From contig NC_042999.1 in NCBI RefSeq assembly GCF_006345805.1, positions 28,086,001-28,150,000 of the forward strand: a stretch of 64,000 nt of DNA. Direction: 5' to 3'. Made by a program: the position numbers and the translations under genes. This stretch comes from Octopus sinensis (Eukaryota). Positions within the stretch are counted from its first letter, which is position 1, and each line of letters opens with the position of its first letter. The notes under the pieces were generated by a model. That model saw only the letters and a program-made list of their open reading frames with translations, did not search any database and was not told the DNA's origin. Of this stretch, positions 1-12,342 are shown in pieces.

Positions 1-256
1 CCTCTAATCAATGGAGAGTTATGTTGTGGGAAAAAGCCTCCTCATACAAATCGAAGTTATGATACAAAGATTGCTTTTAATTTGATGTGAAAAATATTTA
101 GAATGCTCGGAATTTACTGTAACTGGTAAGGTAATACTGAGAAAATAAACTCTAATCGTCCTTACATTTTGAAGAGAATAGCATGCAAATTTGAAAGAAG
201 ATACAAAGAAAAGTGTCCCATAGTTATCAAATAAGGTTTCGATCAGTCGGAGGCCA

Positions 257-338
257 TAGTGGAAGACACTTGCCCAAGATACCCGAGCTGGACTGAACCC
301 GAGACAATGTGGTTGGAAAACAAACTACTTACCACAGC
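257..338 (-). mobile_element. tRNA-derived SINE (family A) head fragment
   Basis: Reverse complement matches the head of the full copy at 56104-56482 (ggctgtgtggtaagtag...ggttcagtc...cttgggcaagtgtcttc). Confidence 0.75.
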
Positions 339-341
339 TAC

Positions 342-880
342 GTATGTATGTATGTATGTATGTATGTATGTATGTATGTATGTATGTATGTATGTATGTA
401 TGTATGTATGTATGTATGCATGTATGCATGTATGTATGTATGTATGTATGTATGTATGTATGTTTGTATGTATGTATGTATGTATGTTTGTATGTTTGTT
501 TGTATGTATGTATGTATGTATGTTTGTATGTATGTATGCATGTTTGTATGTATGTATGTATGTTAGTATGTTTGTATGTTTGCATGTATGTATGTATGTA
601 TGTATGTATGTATGCATACATGTATGTATGCATACATGTATGTATGTATGTATGTATGTATGTATGTTTGTATGTATGTTTGTATGTATGTATGTTTGTA
701 TGTATGTTTGTATGTATGTTTGTATGTATGCATGTTGTATGTATGTATGTATGTATGTTTGTATGTATGTAGGTATGTATGTTTGTATGTATGTATGTAT
801 GTATGTTTGTATGTATGTATGTATGTATGTTTGTATGTATGTATGTATGTATGTATGTTTGTATGTATGTATGTATGTAT
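342..880. repeat. (TATG)n tetranucleotide microsatellite, ~540 bp
   Basis: Direct read; explains all YVCM/HTYI pseudo-ORFs at 243-1073. Confidence 0.98.
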
Positions 881-1191
881 TGTGATACACGATCCCTATT
901 GATCGTTTCTTTCCATTATTTTCTCTTTCCGTTTTACGATCCCTTTTGATCGAAAACCTATCCCTTTTTTTTCTTTTTCTCACCAAAAAGAAAAGCTCTA
1001 CTTTGTAATCTGCCCAGTCTGTGTTCAGCCCTGTGTGGCTAATAAAGAAACACATCCATCTTCCTTTCATCAATTATAGGACTGTGGGGCTGTAACCGAG
1101 CTGTGACACCACCTAGATGAATATTTCCAAAGTCTCTAATCAATGGAGGATTAGGGTCAGGGAAAAGATTGTTGATAATCTCTTCGAATGC

Positions 1192-1279
1192 TCAACTTAC
1201 GACCAAACTCGTCTCAACTTACGACCAAACTAGTCTCAACTTACGACCAAACTCGTCTCAACTTATGACCAAACTTGTC
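1192..1279. repeat. 22-bp tandem minisatellite, 4 copies (tcaacttacgaccaaactcgtc)
   Basis: Four adjacent units with 1-2 substitutions and no spacers. Confidence 0.92.
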
Positions 1280-1510
1280 TTCTCAGTCGCTTAAGTTTAC
1301 ATGAATCAAAGTAATCTAATAGGAAATCTTTGCAAGCTGAAAGAAAATATATCTGTCAATCATGCAATACATACTGTTTTTATATTAGCAGTGTTTTTAT
1401 ATTTATATTTTGGAGTGCATTTAACTAAGAAGAGTCGATGACATAATAATTCTTGCAAAATCTGAATATCATCATAATTAGAAATAATGAATTTCTAAAT
1501 GTCTCAACGA

Positions 1511-1829
1511 GATATGAGCGGTGGTGGAGCGATAAAGTGGTTGTATAAAGTCAGCATAACGTGACAGTCCCGTAGAGGGAATTATACCACCACTATATAG
1601 CCCTATGAAGCATCGACGCTTCCTGTCAGCTTTGACAAATTTTCTGTGTCCTTATATTCGCAAAGGAAAGGCAAGCACCCCCACCAGCTAGGAACAGCAA
1701 CCTGAATACATGCATGTTTCTGGGTATTGTCCTTCATCAGTTCAGGGTAGCGTGTCCTCGCTAGCGGTGATACCTACCAAGCCCTTGCGAATATATCTAT
1801 TTACAGTGAAATTTATTCACTGGTCACCG
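1511..1829 (-). mobile_element. 319-bp structured insert (retrozyme-like or Penelope-terminus-like) between 36-bp direct repeats
   Basis: Flanks 1475-1510 and 1830-1865 are identical at 34/36 positions. The interior is more GC-rich, has many hairpins and contains a hammerhead motif. Confidence 0.6.
1701..1746 (-). ncRNA. Minimal type I hammerhead ribozyme motif (stem II imperfect)
   Basis: Minus strand reads cctgaa-CTGATGA-aggacaataccca-GAAA-catgcatg-TA-ttcagg: perfect 6-bp stem I, intact core, palindromic stem III (ACATGCATGT) and a GUA cleavage triplet. Confidence 0.7.
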
Positions 1830-2004
1830 TAATCAGAAATAATGAATTTCTAAATGTCTAAACGAAAATCATCAGCTGGGCTAAAATATGAATTTCTCTC
1901 TGTTGATCATAAGTAAAGGGAATATTCATCATTGATATCATTCCAATCTCTCTGTGCATACATAAATAGACACAATGATAAATAATACATACATAGATAT
2001 ATAT

Positions 2005-2031
2005 ACAGAAACACACACACACACACACACA

Positions 2032-2089
<58 letters not shown>

Positions 2090-2307
2090 CATATTTATGT
2101 GACTGTGACATTTTGTTTCTCCACCGCCACCGCTTGACAACCGGTGGTGATTTATCTACGCGTCCGTAACTTCACGGTTCGCCAAAAGGTGGTGATAGAA
2201 TAAGTACTACATTTTAAAAAGTAAGTACTGGATTCAATTCGTTCCAATAAAACATTTCGCGGTAACTCTGCAATGAGTAAACCAAGGAATACACTCACAC
2301 ACGCGCG

Positions 2308-2347
<40 letters not shown>

Positions 2348-2415
2348 TACACACACACACACACAACACACACATACACACGCACACACATATACACACA
2401 CATATACACACACAT
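2005..2415. repeat. Two (CA)n tracts flanking a family A SINE 3' fragment
   Basis: (CA)n at ~2005-2085 and ~2295-2415; the SINE tail motif ttgacaaccgg...cggttcgccaaaag lies between them. Confidence 0.85.
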
Positions 2416-2612
2416 ATGCATGCGCAGTCTCCATCTGCTAAATTTACTCGCAATGCATCAATCGGTTCAAGGCATGAAGGAAAAATATTTTCCCAGGGTG
2501 CCTCACACGGAACGGAGCCCTCAGCCATGCAATTTCCAAACGAACTTCGTCTATATGAGTGTATTCTATTCAAAAGGATTTTCAACCTAATATTTATCAG
2601 CTTTTATTTATA

Positions 2613-2847
2613 GGCGTAAATTTGGCTGTGTGGTAAGTAGCTTGCTTGCGAGCCACATGGTTCCGGGTTCAGTCCTACTGCGTGGCACCTTGGGCAAGTG
2701 TCTTCTACTATAGCCTCGGGCCGACCAAAGCCTTGTGAGTGGATTTGGTAGACGGAAACTGAAAGAAGCTCGTCGTATATATCGTTTTATCGTTTCGTTT
2801 CATCTAGTTTCAGCTCACGAGCTGTGGCCATGCTGGGGCACCGCCAT

Positions 2848-2890
<43 letters not shown>

Positions 2891-3111
2891 ATGTGTATGT
2901 GTGTGTGTATATTAGTGTGTCTGTGTTTTCCCCCCAACATCGCGTGACAATCGATGCTGGTGTGTTTACGTCCCTGTAACTTAACGGTTCGGCAAAAGAG
3001 ACCGATAGACTAAGTACTAGGCTTACAAAGAATGAGTTCTGGGATCGATTTGCTCGACTAAAGGCGGTGCTCCAGCATGGCCACAGTCACATGACTAAAA
3101 AGAGTAAAGAG
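2613..3111 (+). mobile_element. Family A SINE, full length (tRNA-like head, CORE-like ccttgggcaagt, internal (TA)n/(TG)n, gagtaaaa tail)
   Basis: Collinear with the copies at 56104-56482, 4707-5180 and 11189-11606. Confidence 0.85.
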
Positions 3112-3875
3112 CTTTATATGTACTTCGACAATCAATTCACCAAAAGAATTACTCCACATTCTTTCTAGTGTTTATATATTGTTGGCGTCAGCAGTATATG
3201 CACTCTGAACCATACATATCGCAAGGTTCACAGGCAACAGTGGACCCGTGCAGTTGCCGTGTGATATCCAAGAGGTCGGTAAAGGCCACCTGGTAGGCGT
3301 CCAGGATAATTGCAAGACGATTTAGTCTAGCAAGTTTTGTCAAGATGGTGTGGACGATACTGAAAAGAAGGCAGCTGCCTTAGTAACATTGTCAATATCA
3401 ACGGAAACACAAGTAAGCTTTGCACCTAACTGTGAATGAAACTTGTGTAAAATGCCACAGCTTAAATAACAAAGACAGTGTAACTTAATATCATGCATCA
3501 AAGCATCATTGCGTTTCTCATTGTGCTGGTTGTTGCCAAAGTACAAAGCCTCTGTGACAGTTTCAATATCATCCACTTTTGCTAAATTCAAACCTTAGAA
3601 CCTTAATAGCATTCATATAAATGTAAGTTACATGTCTCTTTTACTCATTTTTTTACCTTTTTACTTGTTTCAGTCATTTGACTGCGGCCATGCTGGAGCA
3701 CCGCCTTTAGTCGAGCAAATCGACCCCGGGACTTATTCTTTGTAAGCCCGTGACTTATTCTATCAGTCTCTTTTGCCGAACCGCTAAGTGACGGGGACGT
3801 AAACACCAGTATCGGTTGACAAGCAATGCTAGGGGGCAAACACAGACACACAACACACAAAACACATATACATAT

Positions 3876-3948
<73 letters not shown>

Positions 3949-4966
3949 ATATATATGTGTATGTGTATGTGTGTGTGTATATTAGTGTGTCTGTGTTTTC
4001 TCCCCCCAACATCGCGTGACAATCGATGCTGGTGTGTTTACGTCCCTGTAACTTAACGGTTCGGCAAAAGAGACCGATAGACTAAGTACTAGGCTTACAA
4101 AGAATGAGTTCTGGGATCGATTTGCTCGACTAAAGGCGGTGCTCCAGCATGGCCACAGTCACATGACTAAAAAGAGTAAAGAGCTTTATATGTACTTCGA
4201 CAATCAATTCACCAAAAGAATTACTCCACATTCTTTCTAGTGTTTATATATTGTTGGCGTCAGCAGTATATGCACTCTGAACCATACATATCGCAAGGTT
4301 CACAGGCAACAGTGGACCCGTGCAGTTGCCGTGTGATATCCAAGAGGTCGGTAAAGGCCACCTGGTAGGCGTCCAGGATAATTGCAAGACGATTTAGTCT
4401 AGCAAGTTTTGTCAAGATGGTGTGGACGATACTGAAAAGAAGCAGCTGCCTTAGTAACATTGTCAATATCAACGGAAACACAAGTAAGCTTTGCACCTAA
4501 CTGTGAATGAAACTTGTGTAAAATGCCACAGCTTAAATAACAAAGACAGTGTAACTTAATATCATGCATCAAAGCATCATTGCGTTTCTCATTGTGCTGG
4601 TTGTTGCCAAAGTACAAAGCCTCTGTGACAGTTTCAATATCATCACTTTTGCTAAATTCAAACCTTTAGAACCTTAATAGCATTCATATAAATGTAAGTT
4701 ACATGTCTCTTTTACTCATTTTTTTACCCTTTTACTTGTTTCAGTCATTTGACTGCGGCCATGCTGGAGCACCGCCTTTAGTCGAGCAAATCGACCCCGG
4801 GACTTATTCTTTGTAAGCCCAGTACTTATTCTATCAGTCTCTTTTGCCGAACCGCTAAGTGACGGGGACGTAAACACACCAGTATCGGTTGACAAGCAAT
4901 GCTAGGGGGACAAACACAGACCACACAACACACACACATACATACATATATATATATAATATATAT

Positions 4967-4990
<24 letters not shown>
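2850..4990. repeat. Tandem duplication, period ~1070 bp, bounded by (TA)n tracts
   Basis: 2885-3870 recurs at 3955-4945; the differences are mostly single-base indels. Confidence 0.95.
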
Positions 4991-5016
<26 letters not shown>

Positions 5017-5180
5017 TACGACAGGCTTCTTTCAGTTTCCGTCTACCAATCCACTCACAAGGCATTGGTCGGCCCGGGGCTATAGCAGAAGACACTTTCC
5101 CAAGATGCCACGCAGTGGGACTGAACCCGGAACCATGTGGTTGTTTAGCAAGCTACTTACCACACAGCCACGCCTGCGCC
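4707..5180 (-). mobile_element. Family A SINE, full length
   Basis: Reverse complement of the 56104-56482 architecture, including the internal microsatellite. Confidence 0.88.
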
Positions 5181-5520
5181 TATTGTGTTGGCTTTAGATC
5201 ATCATACATTAAAATATGATAATAATCAAAAGTAACATCTAGTCACTAAATTCTCGTCCGTTTTATGATGAATTCCAATATTTGTAACTTACTGTTGAGA
5301 AACGTGAAATAAGGGTGGCTAGACTTCTGCAGGAAGTACAGGTAAAACACCTAGAAATTAAATGGAAATATGTAATATGACTTACGCACTCAGTCACCTT
5401 CTACATTGAAATATAATATAATACAATACACACACTCACATATACACATATACACATACGAATTAACATATATATATATATGTGTGTGTGTGTGGTGTAT
5501 ATGTATACATATACATATAG

Positions 5521-5554
<34 letters not shown>

Positions 5555-5555
5555 G

Positions 5556-5589
<34 letters not shown>

Positions 5590-5613
5590 ATATATATGTA
5601 TACATATATACAT

Positions 5614-5645
<32 letters not shown>

Positions 5646-5726
5646 GTATGTATATTAACATGTACTGATGTATATACCCAAACACGTAGGAACCCACACA
5701 CGCACATACGCATGTGTACGCACACA

Positions 5727-5757
<31 letters not shown>

Positions 5758-5774
5758 CACACACAAAGAGTAAT

Positions 5775-5935
5775 GGGGTGGGTAATACAAACTTGCAGGT
5801 TTTAAATCCGAATTTAGATTTGTAATTTGGTTTGTCTTGTTTATCAAAGAAATAGGCCTGCCATCTAAGTCTTTTGATAAATTGATTAGTCTTCTGCAGA
5901 AAGCATTTTAAGTAGATTTTCATATTTGTTATCTG
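5775..5935 (-). pseudogene. Probable Penelope-like element ORF N-terminal fragment
   Basis: Peptide IYLKCFLQKTNQFIKRLRWQAYFFDK...KFGFKT resembles the FIKRLRWKAFFF motif I recall from invertebrate Penelope-like ORFs (recognition only). Confidence 0.5.
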
Positions 5936-5970
5936 TATATTATTGTTTTTATTGACTGTATATATACATA

Positions 5971-6035
<65 letters not shown>

Positions 6036-6245
6036 ACATACACACACATATATACATAACATGCATACTACGTACGGGCATATATATTATATATGTGTGT
6101 GTATGATGTATGTATATAAGTATACATTTATACAATGTATACATGTATATATATATGTAAATGTATATACACATATTATAAATTTTTATATAAATAAGGA
6201 TAAGATCGTTATTTTACAATACCGATCATATCAAGTGGCCAGCTT

Positions 6246-6491
6246 GAGTTTTGACTGCTATCTCTAGCATGGTGTATATCTTAGATACCCTTGATTATAA
6301 TTTTAATAATAATAAATACCTATATGTTTTTTATTCCTATGCTGTCCCTTGATATCATCGGTATTTTAAATAGCAATCTTATCCTTATTTATATAAAATT
6401 CATATACTTTGTTATTATATTCACTGCGGTGGATTTTGATCATATAACACGTGGTGTTTAGACGGACAATCAAACCAGTTGTGTATATACG

Positions 6492-6567
<76 letters not shown>

Positions 6568-6854
6568 TACTGCGTATATGTAAGTATTCATGTGTTGTAT
6601 ATAATATATATATATATATAGATATCTATATATATATATATTTGTAATTATGTACTATCTGTGTATATTCCACTGATGAAGCAGAGTATATTTTTTACAG
6701 AGTCAGAAATCTGGATCTGGGATTATCCAATAACTTTTTGCTAGTTAATTTGTCTTTTCATCTCGTGCTGTATGAATACATGAAGTGGTTTTAGAGTCAA
6801 GTTTTAACTGCTATCTATAGCATGATGGTACCTCTTAGATACCCTTAATTATAA

Positions 6855-6860
<6 letters not shown>
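6246..6860 (+). repeat. ~60-bp direct repeats (6246-6305 and 6799-6860) enclosing a hammerhead-like motif at 6667-6723
   Basis: actgctatct.tagcat...ttagataccctt.attataattttaat occurs twice, period ~553 bp. Internal motif: attcca-CTGATGA...GAAA-tc-tg-ga-TC-tgggat. Confidence 0.6.
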
Positions 6861-6898
<38 letters not shown>

Positions 6899-7496
6899 CA
6901 TATGCACAAATGTGTACATATATATCTCTACATACATATACGTACGCAACTGGTACATATATATGTATATTCACAACCATACTAACACTCACGCGCACTT
7001 GGAACCCGGAACCTAAAGAGCCGGAATAAATACCGTTAAGGAGTTTCCTTGCAAGCCAACGATTCTATCAGCTCGCTGCCATATGTCTCGAAATAATTCA
7101 GCATTAAACTAAAGAATACTCAATACTTTTCTATTTACTGATAAGGAAGACAACCTCCCTTACAACAAGTAGAGCGTCAAATCACCGGGGATTTCGGATA
7201 GAATTCCTTAATCCTCATCTCTATTGCCTAGAGTTAAGCTAATTCGCCTTGTCAGTTTATAGAAAATACTATAGGAATCAGTGGCTGATTCGTGTATATG
7301 CCCAGGCCTAGGTCTATCATTGTCTTATATAGGACCTATGGTAAGAACAAAATAGAGGTGAGTTCACAGTTTTGTTTCACGCCATTGAAAAATGTTAAAA
7401 TAGGTGGTACAATCACCATTGCAGAGAACTTGATCGGTCACATTGACATGAAAGAGTCTTATCAATGTGGTGAATTTATATGCACAGCCCAGCTTA

Positions 7497-7990
7497 GTTA
7501 AGATGGTCTACAAAACGTCTCTGTCGACAGCGGAAGCCACATTGGGCTTCACACAAGTTGTTCTCAGAGATGCTGGTGATGATCCTCTTAAAAAGGATGC
7601 GGGCCAGGATTTTTCCAGCAATGGAAAGCAGGGAAATGCCCTTGTAATTTCCACAGTCTGATTTGGCTTCTTTGTTCTTGTAGAGTGTAATTATGGTGGC
7701 ATCTCGGTAATCTGCAGGCATACATACAAGGATATCATAAGAATGCCGTGGTGCCAAGTGCCTTGTACAGTTCTGCAGAAATTCCACCTGCTCCCGGACT
7801 TTTGCTACAGTTCATTTCTTTTATGACTGTCTTGATCTCTTTTACACTAGGCGGCAGGTCAAGGTCTTTGAGTAGAGGCTTCTGAGGTATTTGCTGCTAT
7901 GCTTCCTGGTCGACAGTGGATGGCCGGTTTAGGAGTTGGTTGAAGTGCTCCTCCCATCTTGCTCTGATTCCTTCTTGTTTTTGATGACTG
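7497..7990 (-). pseudogene. RTE-clade LINE reverse transcriptase fragment
   Basis: IRARWEEHFNQLLNRPSTVDQE...DATIITLYKNK..KSDCGNYKGISLLSIAGKILARIL...EAQCGFR: typical RTE pre-RT and RT motifs, frameshifted. Confidence 0.9.
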
Positions 7991-10900
7991 TTGAGCCATA
8001 TATTATATATCTGTGTGTGTGTGTGTGTGTAGTGTGTGTGTGTACGTTGTCTAGTGTATTCTTGTTTTTTCATCAGGGAGTAGATTATATTTGAGAGGAA
8101 AGATGTATGTTTATAATTGCAGATCGAATGACCTGGTAGTGACTCGCTGGTTTGCTTGCAGAAACTAATTTTATTTTTCTTCTTATTTTCTATTTTCCAG
8201 ACATCACGATGAAACAATTCAATGCTTTCTGTATTCAGCTAGTTTACGTCCTCTTGTTTTGAATCAACATCCACTGGGAATCACAACTCAAATGTTTTTT
8301 GTGCAGCACTTGTCAAATATTTTCTGAGAATTCTTTGGATACTATTTTCAGTCAGTAAAAAATATTTCTGCTTTCACAAATAATCCCAGATTCCCAAACA
8401 CTTTTTTATTTTGCTAATTCGAGAAATGAAGTAAATATTTTATGTAGACACTAAGTAACATTAGCTTCAACTGAATTTGATAAAATGTAAGTACAAATAA
8501 CGCACACAATTCAGTTGTCTAAAGATGACGAGCTCATGGCCTTAGTCTATGATCCTCCAATTGAAGGAGAATAACAAAAATTAATTTCTAATGGAAAATC
8601 CTTACGCTGTTTTATTTGCTTTGTTTTGACAATAAAACAACTTTTTGTCCTTGGAAACGCAGAATAAATCAGTGTCTATTTTAATATTTGTTTTCTAATG
8701 TGTTGTAAGCTAATTTCATATAAGTAGTCATACTTTGGGTCGACATCCATTAATGAAGAAAGTTGTAGTTTAAAGAATTATAGATTATGGAACTGCAATT
8801 ATGCTCTTCACCAGAATCAATAAAATTGTCACTTAGGAAGTAAAAGGATTTTCGACGAAAATTAAAACGTTTTAATAAAAAAACATTTTTATAGAAACGT
8901 TTTAATAAAATTGAAAATGTTTTAATAAAATGGAAAAACATTTTATAATGATAAATAGAAACATCGATTCATCGCAAAAGTAAAAGGTTTTGCATCTTTG
9001 ATTAGTTAGCTGATTAATAAACATTTTTCGACGTTGTCTAAGGTGGTTTAGTTGTTAGTGTGCAGATTAAGTCTTCCATTTGGTATAGACTATGTTTCTG
9101 GAAAATGAACTGGATAATTTGATTAACAATTCGGACAATGACCAATGTACTTATAAAGCGTCATAATGGGCATTCAGTGATAAGACTGTATTTTGAAACT
9201 GTTTATGTTCAGCTATAAACTATCAGTTTTGTTGCCAAACTGTGTTTAGCCACAAAGTATTTGTTTCGTATCAAGCTATCTATTTATTTAGTCTGTTTAG
9301 CTTCCAACTATTTGCTCAATTTACAAACTGTTTGCTTGCATCAGACCATCTGTTAGTTACAAATTATCAGGTGATACAAGGTGAAAAGAAAGTGGTTATT
9401 TTAACTTCGTTTTGTTTAGATAAAAATTTAACCACTAGCAAGCCAAAAGAGACTATTCAGTCACTAGAACTGCTAAAAATAGCAGTAAAATCGCCTTCAA
9501 ATCACACCCTACTGTAATGTAAAAAAAAAACATGCTTTAGATGTAGCCTTCATATACAGTGTTTATATATGAAAAGATGAGATGGTTTCGGCAAGAATGT
9601 CTTGAATTATATGCTTGATTAACGATAGCAGTAGCAGAAGCAACAACAACAATAACAACAAGAACAACAAGAACAACAACAGCAACAACAACAGAAGCAG
9701 CTTTATATCAGCAGCAAATGTTTGTTGATTTGTTCCAAGATATTAGCTAAACTTACGTTTTACTAATTAGATAGCAAGTTAAATATATATTGTATCTAAT
9801 TTCTTCGTATATACACTGGAGGTTTTCCATTCATTGTTGCTGTATAAAGTTAGAGTTAGTTTATATAATTGCGAGTTTCCGGACATGTCAAATTGGAAGT
9901 ATTTAACACTGCCGTCTTACAATGACACACAGTAACAGTTTCTAAAGGAACTGTTTGGATAGATTCATTTCACACAATACACGCCTTGTGTTTATTCTAT
10001 CGATCTCACAGAGAAGAAGACAAAATGTAACCCGAGCACGAAATATTTAAGATGTAATATTTTGAATCATTAAATGCGTTGCAGGCTTTCAGTTTGTTCC
10101 TTCATTCATATATTCCCGCGTTGAGACCGTTTCTATTCTTTTAGTGGAGATAAAATAACGTATTATAATCGATTGTATCGACCGTATAGTTTGTTCTAAA
10201 GCTTAAATTAAATATAAAGTGACAAGGTAACGTGTGTAGTGGTGGACATGAAATTGTATGACATATTCTATTACTGGTTCCAATCACTGGCTTATGTCCA
10301 TACTGGAGCATTGCATCAGAGGGTTTTAGTTTAGTATATCGATCCCAGTACTTATTTCAGCCTCATATTTGGTTTAGAGGTCTACAGTTATTGAATGATT
10401 AAGCAACATATATTTACACCATACTTTTACACGCACACATACGCGCGCGCGCACACACACACACACACACACATACACACACACACAACTCAGACTTCAG
10501 TACACAAAGCATCTACTGAATTTCAATCACAAGTTAATGTTTAACCCGAGGTTAAGTAGAAAACATTTGCTTTACAGTTGAATGAAACCCTGAACCGTGT
10601 GATTACGAAGTTAAAATCCTTCACCTCGCAGCTAGTCCTGCAATCTATGACTGTGATACCATTACCAACATGTATGGAGAATCGCTTTCTATTCAACAGT
10701 GGAATAAACTATTACACCTTGCCACCTTCATGTATTGCTAAAATGTTCAGTAAAGTTTCGTATTTTAATTAAAATGATCGGTTGAATTAATGCCTATACT
10801 TGACTGACTAGTATTTATTGAATTGATTCCTAAAGGATGAAAGACTAAATCACTTTCGGTAGGTTTCGAATCCAGAGTAACGTAACTAAATACCGCAGGC

Positions 10901-11188
10901 ATTATGTATTCTGCTCTACGAATTCTATTAACAATTTATCATTTAGTCCACCACTTCAGCAATTTTAGTAGCGCGCAAATTTTGTAAAATGTAATATTTC
11001 AGGTACAAAAACCTGAAAATTTTGTGGCGATAGCTAACTGATTGTATCAACTTCAGTGTTCGACTGGTACTTAATTCCTCAATCCCCAAAGGATGAAAAG
11101 CAAAGTTGACGTCGGTGGGATATGAACTTAGAACGTGGAGACAGATGAAATGTCGCTAAGCATTTTCCCAGGCATTAAAAAAATGTAA

Positions 11189-11411
11189 TACTCTTTACTC
11201 TCTCTTTTACTCTTTTACTTGTTTCAGTCATTTGACTGCGGCCATGCTGGAGCACCGCCTTTAGTCGAGCAAATCGACCCCAGGACTTATTCTTTGTAAG
11301 CCTAGTACTTATTCTATCGGTCTCTTTTGCCGAACCGCTAAGTTACGGTGACGTAAACACACCAGCATCAGTTGTCAAGTGATGTTGGGGGGACAAACAC
11401 AGACACACAAA

Positions 11412-11469
<58 letters not shown>

Positions 11470-11606
11470 ATATATATATATATATACATATATACGACGG
11501 GCTTCTTTCAGTTTCCGTCTACCAAATCCACTCACAAGGCTTTGGTCGGCCCGAGGCTATAGTAGAACCCGGAACAAGCTACTTACCACACAGCCATTCC
11601 TACGCC
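11189..11606 (-). mobile_element. Family A SINE with a small internal deletion in the head
   Basis: Same tail (tactcttttac repeats), internal (CA)/(TA) tract and head as the other copies. Confidence 0.88.
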
Positions 11607-11981
11607 TGGTTACTGGTCACAAATTTTGACAAAAGTCCAGTAATTTCTAAAAAGGGGTAAGCCGTTTACATTGATCTCAATGTTCATCTCATGCTAATTT
11701 TGTCGAACCCGAAAGAATGAAATGTTAAGTTGACCTTGGCGGAATTTGCATTCAGAATGTAAAAACGGATGAAATACCGCTAAGCATTTTGCGCGGCGTT
11801 TGTAAAATGTAATATTAATTCCTTTTAGAGTGTAAAAGATGCAAATTGATAATGAAGGGTTAACGCCAGTGTAATCGTTCCCAATAACATTACTGGTGCT
11901 ATTTAACAAGTATGAGGTATAGGAAATCAGTGTTTACCCTACTTAGTAAGCGTGATCAGAAATTAAAGAGACGCGATTAAA

Positions 11982-12342
11982 AATGGAATGGAAGCACTCC
12001 GTCGGTTACGACGACGAGGGTTCCGGTTGATCCGATCAACGGAACAGCCTGCTCGTGAAATTAACGTGTAAGTGGCTGAGCACTCCACAGACACGTGTAC
12101 CCTTAACGTAGTTCTCGGGGATATTCAGCGTGACACAGCGTGAAATACAGGTACAACAGAAACAGGAAGTATGAGTGAGAGAAAGTTGTGGTGAAAGAGT
12201 ACAGCAGGGATCACCACCATCCCCTGCCGGAGCCTCGTGGAGCTTTAGGTGTTTTCGCTCAATAAACACTTACAACGCCCGGTCTGGGAATCGAAACCGC
12301 GATCCTACGACCGCGAGTCCGCTGCCCTAACCACTGGGCCAT
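11982..12342 (-). mobile_element. tRNA(Arg)-like SINE (family B), tail type 1
   Basis: Minus strand gives A box tggcccagtggttagg and B box ggtttcgattccc, plus the central block gagcgaaaacacctaaagctccac shared with 13945, 41615 and 52396. Confidence 0.85.

Noticed and set aside
243-1073. Long ORFs such as the 276-aa and 208-aa frames, and all YI/VC/HT/poly-L/poly-N/poly-V ORFs elsewhere
   Set aside because: They are translations of microsatellites that lack stops in some frames.
1192-1279. CRISPR-like array
   Set aside because: The repeats are contiguous with no unique spacers, there are no cas genes, and the context is eukaryotic.
3113-3640. Possible host exon (AKVDDIETVTEALYFG... / FSIVHTILTKLARL...)
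   Set aside because: The frames do not join in either duplicate, stops are present and no domain is recognised; left unassigned.
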